A stretch of 64,000 nucleotides of DNA, from contig NW_002060979.1 of NCBI RefSeq assembly GCF_000150275.1, forward strand, positions 94,612 to 158,611, in the 5' to 3' direction. The DNA comes from Trichoplax adhaerens. Lineage: Eukaryota > Animalia > Placozoa. The translations under genes were made by a program, and so were the position numbers. Shown piece by piece: positions 14,692 to 35,534 of this stretch; within the stretch, counting starts at the first letter, position 1; every line of letters starts with the position of its first letter. The notes beneath the pieces are model-generated. The model was not told the DNA's origin. It saw only the letters and a program-made list of their open reading frames with translations, and did not search any database.

Positions 14692-17037
14692 AAAATGAGA
14701 TCGAAATCAGCTGCTGTAAATAATTATATTCGTAAATATTAAAATAATCCAACAGATCATTTTCAATAGCTTACTGCCTTGCTGTCTGCAAAACTTTGAA
14801 GATCAATCAAAATTGTCATTCGTTACGACGGTTTATCTTCTTCTTCCCTACATTTTACCTATTTGGTGATATTATTCCCATTTTTAATAGGGTTTTTTCT
14901 GTATCAGTTATATCTACGATGTATTTCATCTACTAAAAATTGTTACTGTTAGCGTGTACAGGTTGACCACGATTACGACATTTGCTAATCTATGATTGCG
15001 AGCAATGAAATCTTTAAATATTATCTTGAATCGCTCTATTATTCTATCATTTCCTTAACTAATATTAAATCTTGATATACACTCCAGTTATGATTATACC
15101 AAGATCTAAAAAATTAATTGCGTATTAAATTTAATACAAATATAAAATATTTGCAAAATTATAAAATGTAAGAGTGTTAACCCGTTCCATTTACACTTGT
15201 AATTTAATTTCAGGATATTGTATGATAGAACGATAGGTTTAGAATGATATGCATTACCACATCGTCTAATGTATAAAATTTCAATCATTTTATCTTAAAA
15301 GATTTTCATTTTGGTTGTCAATATTAACTGAGAACTTTGTGCATAAGAATTTCATCCTGCTGTAAATCACATAACCACAATATTATAACTATAATAAAGA
15401 ACTTCTAATGCTTATTACTTGGTTGTGAATCAGTAGCTAACACTGATAGCACTGTATATACGCATAAGCTCTATCCATATCTTTAAACTCGACTGAGAAC
15501 TAAATTTGCAATATATATGAGTAATTTCGATTCGTATCAAATACGCAAGTATTTTAATCCTGTAATCCAAACTTTGATAATGCCAAAAGGAGATAGAGTG
15601 ATTGATGAAGGTTCGTAATAAATTGTTACAGGATTAGCAGTTGTAAGCCTATTAAATAATATAGTTAGTTGAAATATCAAAATAGTTCCTTGTAAGACTG
15701 TAAAACATGGGTCCGTTAGCCATATCTTATTCTTCTGGCATGGATTAAAGACGTAGAAGGCCTTATGTTCAGTTACTTCATGGAATATTACCGTATCGAG
15801 ACTACTCAGACATGAAAGCGTTACTGCAGTCATTATTAGTAATTTTACTACTTTGCATTACAATTAACATTAGAATAACTTGATTCATTGAATCTGCTTG
15901 CATAACGCGTACTTTCTTTGAGCACAGTATACTAATTCATAGATTAATGTATGACTTCAGTTATTGAAAAGAACATATATATATATGTAAGAGCAAGCCT
16001 ATCCTCTCATTGTATTACTTTCACAGTAGTTTAATCCAAACTAATCAACATAAATTACAACGCCAATAAAGGACAAAAAAATCGACACATTGAATTTAAC
16101 ATTTACAACAATTCCATCAAATTGATAACCATAAAAACACTTCAACTCCATGCTCAAATAGCCTTATTGCTTTAACAGAGTTACCAACACAGTAACAAGG
16201 ATATCGTTAAATACCTCTAATAGTTAATAGATATCCTTCGTATATCGATCTCACTAACATCCCTCTCGGATAAATAACAAAGATACAATGTTAACATTGC
16301 TATCAAATTATTAATACTCTATACAAGAGAGTATACTGTAATATTTCATAATAGGAAGTCGGGGACTAACTTTCTGTCTAAATACGTATCTTGTAGGCAA
16401 TTTCACACTTCGAAAAAAATTGAAAGCTAATAATACGCCCAAAAGTGCCAGATTTAAAGCAACCCAGCAACAAATTTAAAGTTGCAGATATTGATACTCT
16501 AGTCATTATCTTCAAATGCAGGAAGTAGCACACTAGCATTGGCAGTAACTCCTTCATAAGTCATTTAAAAGTAACGATAAAATATAAAAATAATTACTTA
16601 AAAACTATTCAACTTGAAAAATAAACCAGTACAAGAATTGCTCGTTATTATACACTGTAGGAAATGACGAGTGCTAAATATGAAGATTGAACAAATACAG
16701 TACATCGCGATGACAAGTAAAACAGTCGATTTTCTTATCTTATAAGACTATATCAGAATGGCGTTGATACTGCCAAAAAAATCATCGTAAGACGTCCATA
16801 AGATGATTATATCATACGCCTTGTCCATCGTGAGCTATCCGAAAACATTTTTGTAAATAAAAATAGACTTTCTAACTAATTCACTACATGAATTAGATTG
16901 ATTATAAACGCTTAGTACCTAATCGATGATATACTTACCAATGGTTAGAATAAAAAATATAATCGAACATTATTATCGCTTGTTTTACATAAAAAATATC
17001 CATTGGACATTTACTATTATGCACAATTTATAAGAAA

Positions 17038-20000
17038 TTAATTGCTTTTGTTGGGTGCAACATTTTTCAATCTCATATACTCCAATATTTGCCTCGGAAC
17101 CTCTGCTAAAACTTCACGTGCTAAATTTATGGCACTCGAGTGTGTGATTTGTCCATCCTCCAAAAATTTTTGAAATTCGACAAACTAACAGATAACAATG
17201 AAATAGCACAAAAGTCACATTTACGTCTAAAACAATTTTTTTATACAAATATGAAATCAGCCAAGGTCAAATAAGCAATTATGTAAGAATAAGTTTAATG
17301 TATCTATCGAAGTACAACCGGTCAATGTTGCCGTACCTGAACAATATCGCGTTCTGCAGTGTTACCTTCGAATGATAGCAATTGTTCATCCGAATCCAAT
17401 TCATCCATTTCTATGTAATCATAAATTACATGACGACTGTTTAATACATTATGCTAATTTGTTTACAATATATTCATAGAATTTTTGATTAATATTGCAT
17501 GCTTGCATAAGTTAAAACACATACCATCAAAGTCTGTATCGCCAACACCAACAATGATGATCGACATTGGTAATCCAGAAGCCTGAAGATTCATACATAG
17601 TTTAAAACATTGTCTTCCAGTTTAATTAATACATTAATTCAGCAATTACGTAAACCAGAAACTATAATTACTAGGGATATATAGCAATCAAATACAATTT
17701 GATAAATGAAGGGCTACGTGTAAATTTGTATTTACTTTGATCACGGCAAGTTTAGTTTCATCCATATCCGAAATAATACCATCAGTTACCATTAGCAAGA
17801 TTTGATAACTAAAACATAAACTACCGTTTAGTAATATCATTACGAAACAAATTTACTTACAATTTATGTCATGTTCTTAATGTATTGTATAAATGTAAAT
17901 TTCACATACGAACTGCCAGGATTTTCATCAGCTTGTTGGGCTTGCCTAAAACATCGGAAAAGTAAAAGTTTCGCTCAATCACCGCTTTAGAATTATGCTT
18001 AATCTATGCAATGTTTACATCACTAATGTATTGCTCTCACTTACTTTGATACATGGGAAATAATCGGAGCAAAGTTGGTAGGTCCTGCAATAAAAAATTA
18101 TCAGTTGATTGATATGCGAGTACTTATAGCGAAAACTGAAAGTTACCACTTTTAAAGATCTTAACATTACCATAAAGTTGGACATTAGAAAGAGATTGCT
18201 TATAGGCTTCTAAAACGCCTTCTATTCCATCGCAGTTTGGATCATCGCTACTTCCATTCTTGAGATCATAAAGTATTTTAAAAAGATTTATAAAAATTTA
18301 TTCACCTATTTATTCTCAAGCAGTTGACGACTTGACGTAGATTACACTTTGCACTCGTATTTTACTTTTATGCTCTTTATCAGGCGCAACAGTAATAACA
18401 TATTATTACTAAATCTGAACCAATAGTACCAGATAATTATTATACACCATTCGGGTGCCTAGAATTAAGGCTGAAAAATTCTGTACGTTTGCAATCCCTA
18501 GCTCGTACATTGCTACGGAGATTTAAAACTGATATTATCCTATAGCTACTGATATTAGATAACTAGTTATTTAGTTTAGCTGCATACCAAAAAAAAATCG
18601 TGAGAGATTACACCACTGGATAATTTGGCACCGAATCCAAGGGCAGGAAACATCTTGTCGCTATCATAGATGTAAAGTGCTAGTTAATTTAAATATGAAT
18701 ACCGCAAGTATACATCATCTTTTAACTCTACAATAAAGCAGTCGATGATATTAACGCACGTATCATAATCTTGACAAATTGCACCAACGGCCACAATAGC
18801 TCGCTGATACACATTGAGATCATCAGGATCATTGTAATGGAGCGAGGATGGATGTCTAGGATTTCCTAATAATAAGTAGAGATGGTTATAAAACTAATTC
18901 ACTTAAATAGTGATGGTACGTTAATTTTAGAACAAAAGTAGAACAAATAACTTTATTAAGTTAATTTCTTCGTTACCGTTTGAGGCGGTAAAGTCAACGC
19001 CGACAGTGCAATTGATTTGAGTGCTTAATGTTAAGAGAAAATGTTTTAAGTTAGAGCTGTAACTTCCTAATACGGGTACATCAATATTCTTACAATAAGA
19101 GCAGAGAAATAAATCTTCGATGACGAATAGCGATATACGTTGCAGTATGTGTAACATAAGCTCTGTAAGAACATATTTTACTTATCAACGTACCCGTTCT
19201 TGATATAGTCCACAAAAATTGGTTGAGGTTCAATTTCACATTGAACTACATGCAACTAGACACGAAATAAATATAACAATATCCATAGTGATAAAATGAG
19301 GGCATTAATTTCTAAATTTTTGACCTCAAGTTAGTAATACTTTAGCGTTGTCGTAAATAATTTTACTAGCTTTATGAAATCTTGATATTATTATTTGAAT
19401 GTACTTACTTCTCCGGAGTTTTTATATTTTTTCTTCTTGTTTTTTTTTTTTTCATTTATTAACTACAGAATAAAAATTTTACAGTTAACGATACCATATA
19501 GCAGTGTTTTAGAATAAAGATGTTCTTTTGTAGCTGTGCTATTACTTGTAAAGTGGTCGTTGATGCTGATGCACGTTTAAGTTCATCCACTGAAACCATA
19601 CATTCTCCAATGTAGTCCGGGCTACAAAATTATAAGAATAAAAATCATAATTAAAAGATCAATAGTAACATCATAAAAATAAATACCACATATTCGTATG
19701 TAGACTTTAGGTTAAGTTTGTTGATATCATGACATACTTTCCATCTCGATTCCAATCATAGCAACTGATTTTTATCGGTCTGAAAGATAATTACATAGTC
19801 GTTATGATACTTTCAAATTTGTAGATATCATAATTACTGCCTATACTCATACATTTCGAATGTCCGATAAACGTTACTAAACGATCAGCAATCGTTAGTC
19901 GCATAATCTCTATTATATTTATTATAAAGATTCTACCTGGAATAATCACCCTCGCATAAGTCATAAGCCGAAATGATAAATGCGTCCCATTTTGGATTTA

Positions 20001-23000
20001 ATGTATTTTTAATGACTTCCGTTTGATAGGCACACACATACCTATGATAGAACATAATAGTGCCACGTGTCATTGCAGATACTTAAAGCAGCTATAGATT
20101 AAATCTGATCATTTGCTAATTAATAAGCTTAACATTATGCGATCTCCATGGCTATAGTTTACAACATGGGAAACTGTATCCAAGGTACAGGTGCAGATCG
20201 ATTTTTATATTTTTTAACTTACTCGTCATTCTCATCCTTGCGCATTATTTCCAAATAAGGATCAGATTTGCCAAGGAAGTCTTTTTTATCCAAGTCTGTT
20301 CCATTTATTTGCAATGTTATGAGATCCTATTTCAGGTAAAAGTTATGTAAATGCACTAGGCCTACTAGCATTATAGTAGATGTTACTATTGTTTACAGTC
20401 GATCGCTATATTAGCTGAGTTTTAGTAACGCTTGAAATATCCTAAAGTTCAAGACATAATTTACATGTAGTAACAAATCATCATTAACATTTATTGTCAT
20501 GCAACTTACGCTGACAGTGCTGTTGTTTTCTGTATCAACTAAAGGATCATCAGAACGTATAATTAGAAGACAGTTGTTGAATTAAATATATATATTGAAA
20601 AGAGATGGGATTAAATTTAAAGTTTACGATAAAATGAATCGATACATGGTCGATAAATGCTTGTGGCAGCATGCAACGACCATAGTTGACAAACTCGCAA
20701 GTTCTTAAAAATACCGTTTTTAAAATAGAAAATATTGCATAGTATACTGAAAAAGAATTATACAATATATATAAATACACTTAATCAAAAAAAATAGATC
20801 ACTTACTAATAATTTCAGCTTTGCTACTTTCCGATCTAAAGGTGTGGTAATAGTAATAAAGGAAAAGTTAGAATAATAACATATGCATTCTAATAATATT
20901 TACGAGAACATTTGAGTTTCAATGTAAATATGTATAGGCTTAATTTGTATAGAAATATTTTGACAATTTACCCAAGCCTTGCAGCTAAATTTCCTTTATT
21001 ACTGAGTAATATACCAAGTGTACATTCTACGTCACCTAGCAAAAACTGAAAGCCATAGTATTAATAATTGCTAGGTAGTGTATGGCTCATATCAGTGATG
21101 GCGTTGAAACCAATTGCTAAAATTTATTAGGGATTAATGAAGGAAATTAGAGTACGTATTGCATTCTTACCTCTTCCGAGATTTCTCCAGAAGCATCTAC
21201 AGCGAATCTATGTAGAAAGTTTAGTTAAAACGTTGTTACTTAAATGCAGAATTGATGTATGTTGTATACTTTTAATGCTGCTTATTCCTGATTGCTTTAT
21301 AGCCCTTAAAAGCTAATTTAACGATGATTTTCTTATATGAATACTGCCATTTTGCTTACGGCAATATTGATATTCAATTAATTATTCAGATTTTTATATA
21401 GATTAAACTTATGTTGGCATATTTGCCAGGGCAATAAGTATTAATGAAACCTATTTTAGTGAGAGCCTAACTAGTTATAAAATTATACCTCAAAGCTAAT
21501 ACTATCGAGAAAACTTTACCGCATTTTCTAGATTTATTAAGTAGAGCCTCTATCAAAATCTAATTTGCTACTAGATCAACGTAATTCATTTAGCACAGCT
21601 TTATACTGCTTAATACCAGATTGCTACGACGATATTGATAGTTTAATATACTTAGATTACATCGGCTCAGCCATTACACTAGATTATATTATTAAAAGGT
21701 ACAACCAATATATATGGCTGGATACTTACACTTCAAACTTCAGTCGCTGATACTGTTCAAAGTAATAAGCCATGGGAAAATTTTGAGCAAAACGTGGATT
21801 TAAATTATCTAAAACGACTTCAGTCCTACCATACTACATGAATCGGTGTTGATTATACCCATAGAAGTGAAATTGAAGAATAATAAAATAAAATTTATCA
21901 TTTGTGGTTCATCAAAGTATTGCAATAGTAATCATGATTACTGGCTATAAATTGAGAAATAATGCTTCAGATATTGCATATCAAAAGATAGCACTATACA
22001 ATAGTTAAACTACCAGCTAAATGATCGGAAATGTAATTAAGATTTCAATTATACAAGCAAAGGAACATGCACTCATGAGATCGCTGCTGTTTTTCGGTGT
22101 ATTAATGAACCATATTCTAGATCCATACAGAAACAGATACATGTAAAATGGAAGACGAAAGTATTCGATTGTAGTAAAATCATCGTGAGAAAATGGATAT
22201 TCGGTCTACTTTTACTATGCTTACTAAATTATTTTCTTATATATCTATCGATGGTCTAATTACACCGGTAGGTACAGTATAAATGCAAGTATTCCAACTG
22301 CAGTAAAATGCTAGTAATCTACTTATCATCTTTTCTTAAACAAGAAAGAGTAGATCCAAGAAACGAATTACTGTATTCACAAATTACCAGAACTGATGTC
22401 AAAATTGATTCAAAGAGCTAACTCTAGTATAAGCAATATACGAGTACTGTAGGCAAATTCGCAATATCAGTAGAGTAATAAACGCGATTTTAGCTATTTA
22501 GTCGATTAAAATGTCCAATGCTTGCACAATTTAGCATGTAAGTACAATTTAGACTAACGATTAGATCTATTTCAAGGTTCAAAGACTCTACAACATTTAT
22601 ATAGAAGGTTTAGGGCCAAAATGGACGTTGTCTTACTCTAAAGTTACCACGACTCCAACCATATAAAGTAAAGTAAATAATCACGTTCATTGCTCACAAG
22701 TAGACCGAAAAAATTATACTATCTTCCGTAGAAATTACCACTACTCTATCCCATGGAATTTATCACTAAGATAGTGGTCAATAATTAAGTACTGTAAAGT
22801 AGGCAAAGAGGCCATTAATTAACCGTATCTTATTTCAAAATATTGTGGCTACTACATTCCATCACTTAGAGTTGATGATTATAGTTGAAATTATTAATAA
22901 ATACAATAGATTGTAGAAGACATTTTATCGACTCGATCGAAGCAAAAATGCCACCACTTTATGATATGGAATTCATCACTACAAAGACTAAAAAGCTGGT

Positions 23001-26000
23001 GAAAACCGACTCATAGTAATAATCAATTCTTGAGCGAATTCATTCAAAATTCCGCTAAAAAATATCAACATTGATGATGCTTATAGCTCAATGAGTGCCT
23101 TTTTACAGAGGTCTAATGTTGGAATAGCTCATCTTTCTTAAACTATCTATCGACCTCGAGAATTTTAAATATTATTGGCGAGAATCACTTTCTCTACACT
23201 ATTTGATCCATTCTAATTATGCAGTAAGACATTAGTTTGATGATAAACAATATTGCATTGTCAATAATTTATTATTGTAATGCTCTATTGTAACTTAATA
23301 GCCGCCATTATAGGCATGAAATAGAGCTGTAGAAGTAAACTAACACTGAGCAACGCCTACATGGCTAGCAGCGTTGGCTCGTTGGCGTAGGCAAAGATGG
23401 AAGTAAGCGTTAATTAGGTCAACGGTTCTCAACGTGGACATCATTGATACAAGGTGAAAATGAAATAGAGATTAATAACTATCATTAACAATATACAAAC
23501 ATTGAAACTAAACAACATCATCTTACCTCAATATATTCGCCATCTTCGTCCCAAAAGTTGACCACTGCCACTGTATGATGGGTACAATAAAAAATTTTAA
23601 AATGTCATCATAATAAGCAACTAATTAGCAAAAGGAGAATTGGTTTTCAATTTAGCTCATAATTTATTCATGATGCTAAACGATGATCAAATCATCATCG
23701 TTAGCATGCTAATCTGGACATTAAAGGGCGACATTTAATCGATGAAATATCTACAAAATGAAGGATTCACGTTACAATCCAATCTTAAACTACTTTTCAG
23801 TCGCTGTTGATTGAATTGATTTCATTCTTCAGCTTTAAAATGATCAATCCATTAGCAACATGTTGCACATGCGATTAGAATTAATGATTTGAGAACGATC
23901 ATCAATGAAACTTTGATTGCCAGAAGTCTTTTTTTTTTTTTAATTAGTAATGTCATCATTGTATATTGTCTTAAGCCATGTAGGTAAACTTGTTTTGCTG
24001 TCTGTACAACATGGAGCTAATACAGTTCTCAACAAGCTTTGTGCGGGCTGTAAGCAAGCGTTCAGCCATGACGGAAAAGTTTCTTCCGCATGGCAATGGA
24101 TACAGTCATCCATCTACAAATACGACCCCAGCTGGCAACAATGCCGGCAAACTTGATTTAAAATTTCTATGTCATGATAATCATCCACAGTACTGTAGAT
24201 TGGACACTCTTGGACACTGTTGATCGTTGTTGGTGAAATAGATCAGATTAAGTTAAAGAAAAAGTGATGATTTGTCAGTAAATACGCGTACAAATAAATT
24301 AGCTTGCCCATGTCCTGTACTATAATGAATATCTGCGCTAGATTAGGAATCAAATCGGATAAATATTTTGAGCTGATTGATTTCAATATCGTGTCGCTGA
24401 TCAATGGTGATGAAATGGATTAGATGAGAATATGGAGGTAAAAAAATGATGATAATTGACCTACTAATATAAATACAAGCGTATATCGATGGATAATAAA
24501 TAGGATAAACGCGTTAACGAAATTATGATTATTATCGATGATAGATTACATTCGTAATGAATCGGATAAGCATTTCGATTAATTAATTTGAGCATCATGT
24601 CGCAGATGGTGATAAAATATATCAAATGAGAACAATCATCTACATAAAAAATGATTTGCCAGCGAACATAAACCCAATAGCGATGATACTCGTATAGGCA
24701 TTAGGGCAGTTTGCAAAATGACCGATTTCGCATACGGTCACGTTCATATCGATAACCAATTTCGTTGAATGTGCCTACTACGATTATCATCTGCCATAGA
24801 TTCCAAAATGATCCATTGGATAAGTATTTGATATGGCCGTATGAAATCAATTGGAGCATCATGTCACTGATCGATGATGATGAAATGGGCTAGATAGGAT
24901 CATAAAGCTAAAAAAAGAAATGATCTCCAAACTAAGTCAATACAAACTGATTGTACGTGATAGATTAGATCAGTGATCCATCGGATAAGCACTTTGCAAT
25001 GATTTTAGCATCATGTCGCTTTATTAAGTTAATACTGACGAAATGAATCCGATGAGACTATTGATCTCGTCGAAACGACTGACGATGTGCCGTTAAGGTT
25101 AAGTGCAAATAAAAACTCGTATCCATGCACACAACGAGAAATTTCTGCTGGTAAATTGAACGCGTCCATTCCCATGATGTGATCATCGGTGATCGATCAG
25201 ACGAACTTTTTTGTAACAATTTTAATACTGAGTTAAAAAAAAAATACCGGTATGCAACAAATAAAAGGAAATAAAATAAGTTCATATGCTACAATTTATG
25301 ATGACGATCGATCAAAAGAGCATTGATCATTTCTTATTCATCTTAGCATCATCTAGTATCGCTATAGTAATGAAATGAATCAGATGATGGCGTTCATTGA
25401 CAACAAGAATGATGTCTAGTCAGTAAATTATAACACAATATCGTGGACGAGTTCATTAAATAATGATCCTCTACGATAGGTTGGATTTATAGTAGACAAA
25501 ATAGGGACTTTCTGCATTGCTTTAGCACTGTAGGGTTCATCGATGCTGGCAATATTGAATAGAATATAGAAGTAAATGATGATTTGTTAGTAAGTAACAA
25601 ATTATGTTGTATCCGTCCTCATAACTAATACGATCATCAAGGATCGATTGGATAGGCGTTTTGATTCATTTTAGCATCATGTTACTCATTAAGGCTGGCG
25701 AATTATTTAGGTAAGATGAAAGCAAGAATGGAAAGCAGATCGTAAAATTGGCCATGGAAACATAAATCCATGAATATCAATCAACAAATTCGGCTAATCC
25801 TCTTGACGATCGATAGCCTACTTGGTCATTTCATTTACTTTCACCCTACTCCATTCTAAACTTACGCATGCCAGGCTTGGATTTCAGATCATCTTGTGGT
25901 ACATTTCTGACCCATCACATAGAAGAATTAAAAATTGGCTCATGTTAGCAAGACGTAAGTAATAGGAAAAATGGCCAAGATGAATTTCAAGCCATTTTAA

Positions 26001-26161
26001 TAATTCAGTTTATTATTTTGGGGTGCACAGTTTCTGAATTAATTGCTCTTCTACGCGTATCTTCCATCTGCAAGGTACTCAAAAAATAGGCGATTCTATC
26101 ATTACCTGCATGAAATACGGATAGTAACTTCTGCAGTGATAGAAGAAGCTTCTCCAGCCAT
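17038..26161 (-). CDS. Copine A (C2A-C2B-VWA), divergent paralog, about 24 coding exons
   Basis: Exons encode [18 protein letters not shown] (ATG 26161), [15 protein letters not shown]...[13 protein letters not shown] (~21730-21835), [14 protein letters not shown] (~20250-20300), [11 protein letters not shown] (~18975-19020), [47 protein letters not shown] and [12 protein letters not shown]...VAPNKSN* (stop 17038-17040). Confidence 0.88.
24220..25710. repeat. Degenerate dispersed/tandem repeat array (about 7-8 units of 170-250 bp) in a copine A intron
   Basis: Recurring blocks atYggataag...agcatcatgtcRctga...gatgaaatgRat.agatga...aaatgat begin near 24354, 24562, 24815, 24980, 25320, 25500 and 25647. 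Confidence 0.6.
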
Positions 26162-27466
26162 CGTTGAACTTGTTCAATGTGTAGTAATCGAGAGTAGAGA
26201 GCAAAAGGATAGAAGTTGTTGTTAATCAAGGTGGAAAGGAAACCTGCGGAAGTGTTAAAGTGATGATTTTTAGTTGAATTCGTTGTAGCAATTTCTTATA
26301 CTGTTGATACTTGACTGACTCAGATAGGAGTGCATGCGGTATGAATTTACTATGCGATTCAAAATAGCGTCGTACGAGAGGACAGACAGAAAAATGGCTC
26401 GACGGAACAAGCGCTATATACTGTATCATAACCTACTACAATATCAATATTGTAACCATTACAAGTGTCCTTATTCGATCAATCTGTATAGACAGAGCGG
26501 CTGGCATGAAAGCCTTTGCCTTTTGGCGTGAATAACTTGATCACGCAAGCGCAGTCCTTTCATGGTAACGCCTACAAGAAATCAAAAAATAGAATAAACG
26601 AATTATCATCAGTTTAAAATTCTTCCTTCTAAACGCTAAAACGTCCTGGATTCCCATCGCTGCTTGCTATTGTGTCGTGGAAAAATACTCTAATTGCTAC
26701 AGAGATAGTAACTGATAATGGACAAGTCGATCAGGATATTAGTCCTGTACTACTGTCGGCAATGGGTCGGTAGGTTAACGTAGAATGCCTCTTCATTTTA
26801 TACCCAAATTTCAACCTTCAATTTGTATTCAACAATTGTGTAGATTGAATTTTTTATTGATGAGAAGGAATCACCTGATTACACAAATTTAGAATATGCC
26901 CAGTTGCCCACGGTCAAATGTAATAGTTTTAGAGTAGAACAAATTGTAGCAATTAGAGATGACATCATTATGTTTTAAGCAAATGGTCAAGTCGTTATGC
27001 AATATTGTACCATGCTTCTACTACCCAAAACAACGGATAACCACTCCGATCGTAACGGTCGCAAAGTACTGTACTGACAATTACTTCTGGTGTACCTATT
27101 GTTAGCCATTCCAGCACTTTATGCGTAAAACACAAGAAAGCAACCATTAGAATGGTTTGTTTTGCCCGTATACAATATAATCCAGCCCGCCCTAGATGCT
27201 AGCACTACCCAATTGTATTCGTTATTGTTCTCAATCGAGTCAGTATAGCATAAATATGAGACACGATTTATGTCCATATTGGTTTATTTTGTGGGGTTAA
27301 AGTGGTTAAACCCCCTAATAGAATAGTATTGCCATTCTAGCATCATCAACAGGTGGATTGCAAGATTTTCTGCCTCGCGAAACACTACCGAAATCCTATA
27401 ATAAACCATCAAGGTTAAGGGATGCTTATTTTATAGTCGCAATCTGAGTCAACAGTGTAGATGGCA

Positions 27467-27538
27467 TCCCATATGGTCTAGTGGTTAGGATTCCTGGCTT
27501 TCACCCAGGCGGCCCGGGTTCGATTCCCGGTGTGGGAA
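27467..27538 (+). tRNA. trnE-TTC: tRNA-Glu(TTC)
   Basis: Acceptor stem tcccata/tgtggga, D-arm with A box tggtctagtgg, anticodon arm cctgg-ctTTCac-ccagg and T-loop gttcgattc. Length is 72 nt. Confidence 0.97.
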
Positions 27539-27545
27539 CCATGAA

Positions 27546-27551
27546 TTTTTT
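27546..27551 (+). terminator. RNA polymerase III oligo-T terminator
   Basis: T6 run 7 nt downstream of the tRNA-Glu 3' end. Confidence 0.8.
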
Positions 27552-29243
27552 CCCCTTTTGCAGAAAGATCCAGAATCTTCTTCCCTGCGCCATATCATAA
27601 ACTACAAGAAGAATATCGATATCTTCTCCTGGTCCATGGATATACGCAGCGATATAGAGCATCCATTTGATAGTACACTATAATGGATAATATTCTTTTT
27701 GCTAGGCTATTATAGTGGTATGATATTGACTATTTGCTTCATTTCTCTCCAATACATAACAAGTTTGCCATCACCAAAATATCTAATCGCTTTTATCATT
27801 CCTATAATTAATAATCATCATCATTGGTGCAGCAATCCTATGGACAGTCTATCCCAGCATGTTCTAGACCATATATGCGTATAGTGCAGTAAGATCAAGA
27901 ATTTCTACACCAAAAAAATTCTTTCATATCACTAAGTAGTAGAAATTGCGTGTGAAAAGAAACTATTATTAGCGGCATCTTTGTGATGTACCTTACTTGG
28001 CTAGTAGAGTTCTAATAGATGTTAATTGTTATTTTTATAGTGCATATTGATATATATAAGCTGATATTGCGAATTATAATCTACAGATTCTCTAAATACT
28101 ACTCTATTACACACTGCTTCATCATCTCATTTAATACTATCATAGATATAATGTTAAAATCTTCAAGAATCGATGCTAACACATACGAGCTGACAACTTC
28201 TAATTGTAAACAGTAAATATAGTACATGTTGATCCAAAATGGAATATTAAGAGTTATCTTATATCGTTATTTAGACAAATAATACACTAGATTTAAATAT
28301 ACAACCATTTCAAATATCATCACATACCATAAGTATCATATACTTAGATAACATTATTGGGTACAATATTGTATTCCTTATTAATTTCTTTAAGCATGCT
28401 ACTTTTATACAGAAGCACTTAAATAGAATCAGCTTACACATCATCAGCATGGTGTATTTGCACTATGACACAGAACAACTATCTACCGTATACAATCAAG
28501 ACAAGGGGTTAACTATCCTACCTAGCATAGCAATTATAGACCTGAGCAAATGCTACGACACATCTCCATAAGCATAGTGCCTACATTGTAATAATAAACT
28601 TAGTGATAAATTAAGCATCAGCTGTTAACGCATTTTTGTTCACTATTACATAGTTATGATTGCAAAATTCCAGTTTTAAAACCACTTAAAACCGAATAAT
28701 GATACTCCTATGAAGGCGAAAGTAATATCTAGTATTATCCCTATAAATTTTTAACGATATAAGGTAAGAGATAGAATTTTGGGGATAAATTCGTAATATT
28801 ACGAGTAAATAGCTAGGAAATAGATAAGTCTTTGGTATTTAATATTGCGCATTAATAATTATAATCAGAAATAATATGAAAATATCAAGCATAAATTATA
28901 TTATAATGCATTAGTCATTACTTTTACTCTATTATTCGAAAGTACTTTAATGGCATTAAGATTTATCGATATTATTACGCATATTTTATTACACAGCAAG
29001 TTGGTCAATTTATTGCTAAAATGTTCCACCAAGATTGCACAAATTTTTATACATCAATTACAACGTTGATAGGAAACAAATACGTTATTCTACATATATA
29101 AAATAAAGGCTGATGGATATAATTTTATGCTAATAGTATTCCTATCATTTTCTGTACGGGCAGAAACAAACTATATTCATGCTACCAGATTTCAACTTAC
29201 ACCAGTACGAGGTGGTTACAGTGTTAATTATTAAATAACAGTG

Positions 29244-35534
<6,291 letters not shown>

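Noticed and set aside
23673-23707. 14-bp hairpin atgctaaacgatgat/atcatcgttagcat
   Set aside because: Isolated AT-rich intronic stem with no support for function.
24220-25710. C/D-box snoRNA cluster (RTGATGA and CTGA motifs)
   Set aside because: The box-like motifs are on the + strand, antisense to the host copine. Spacing is irregular and no terminal stems are evident.
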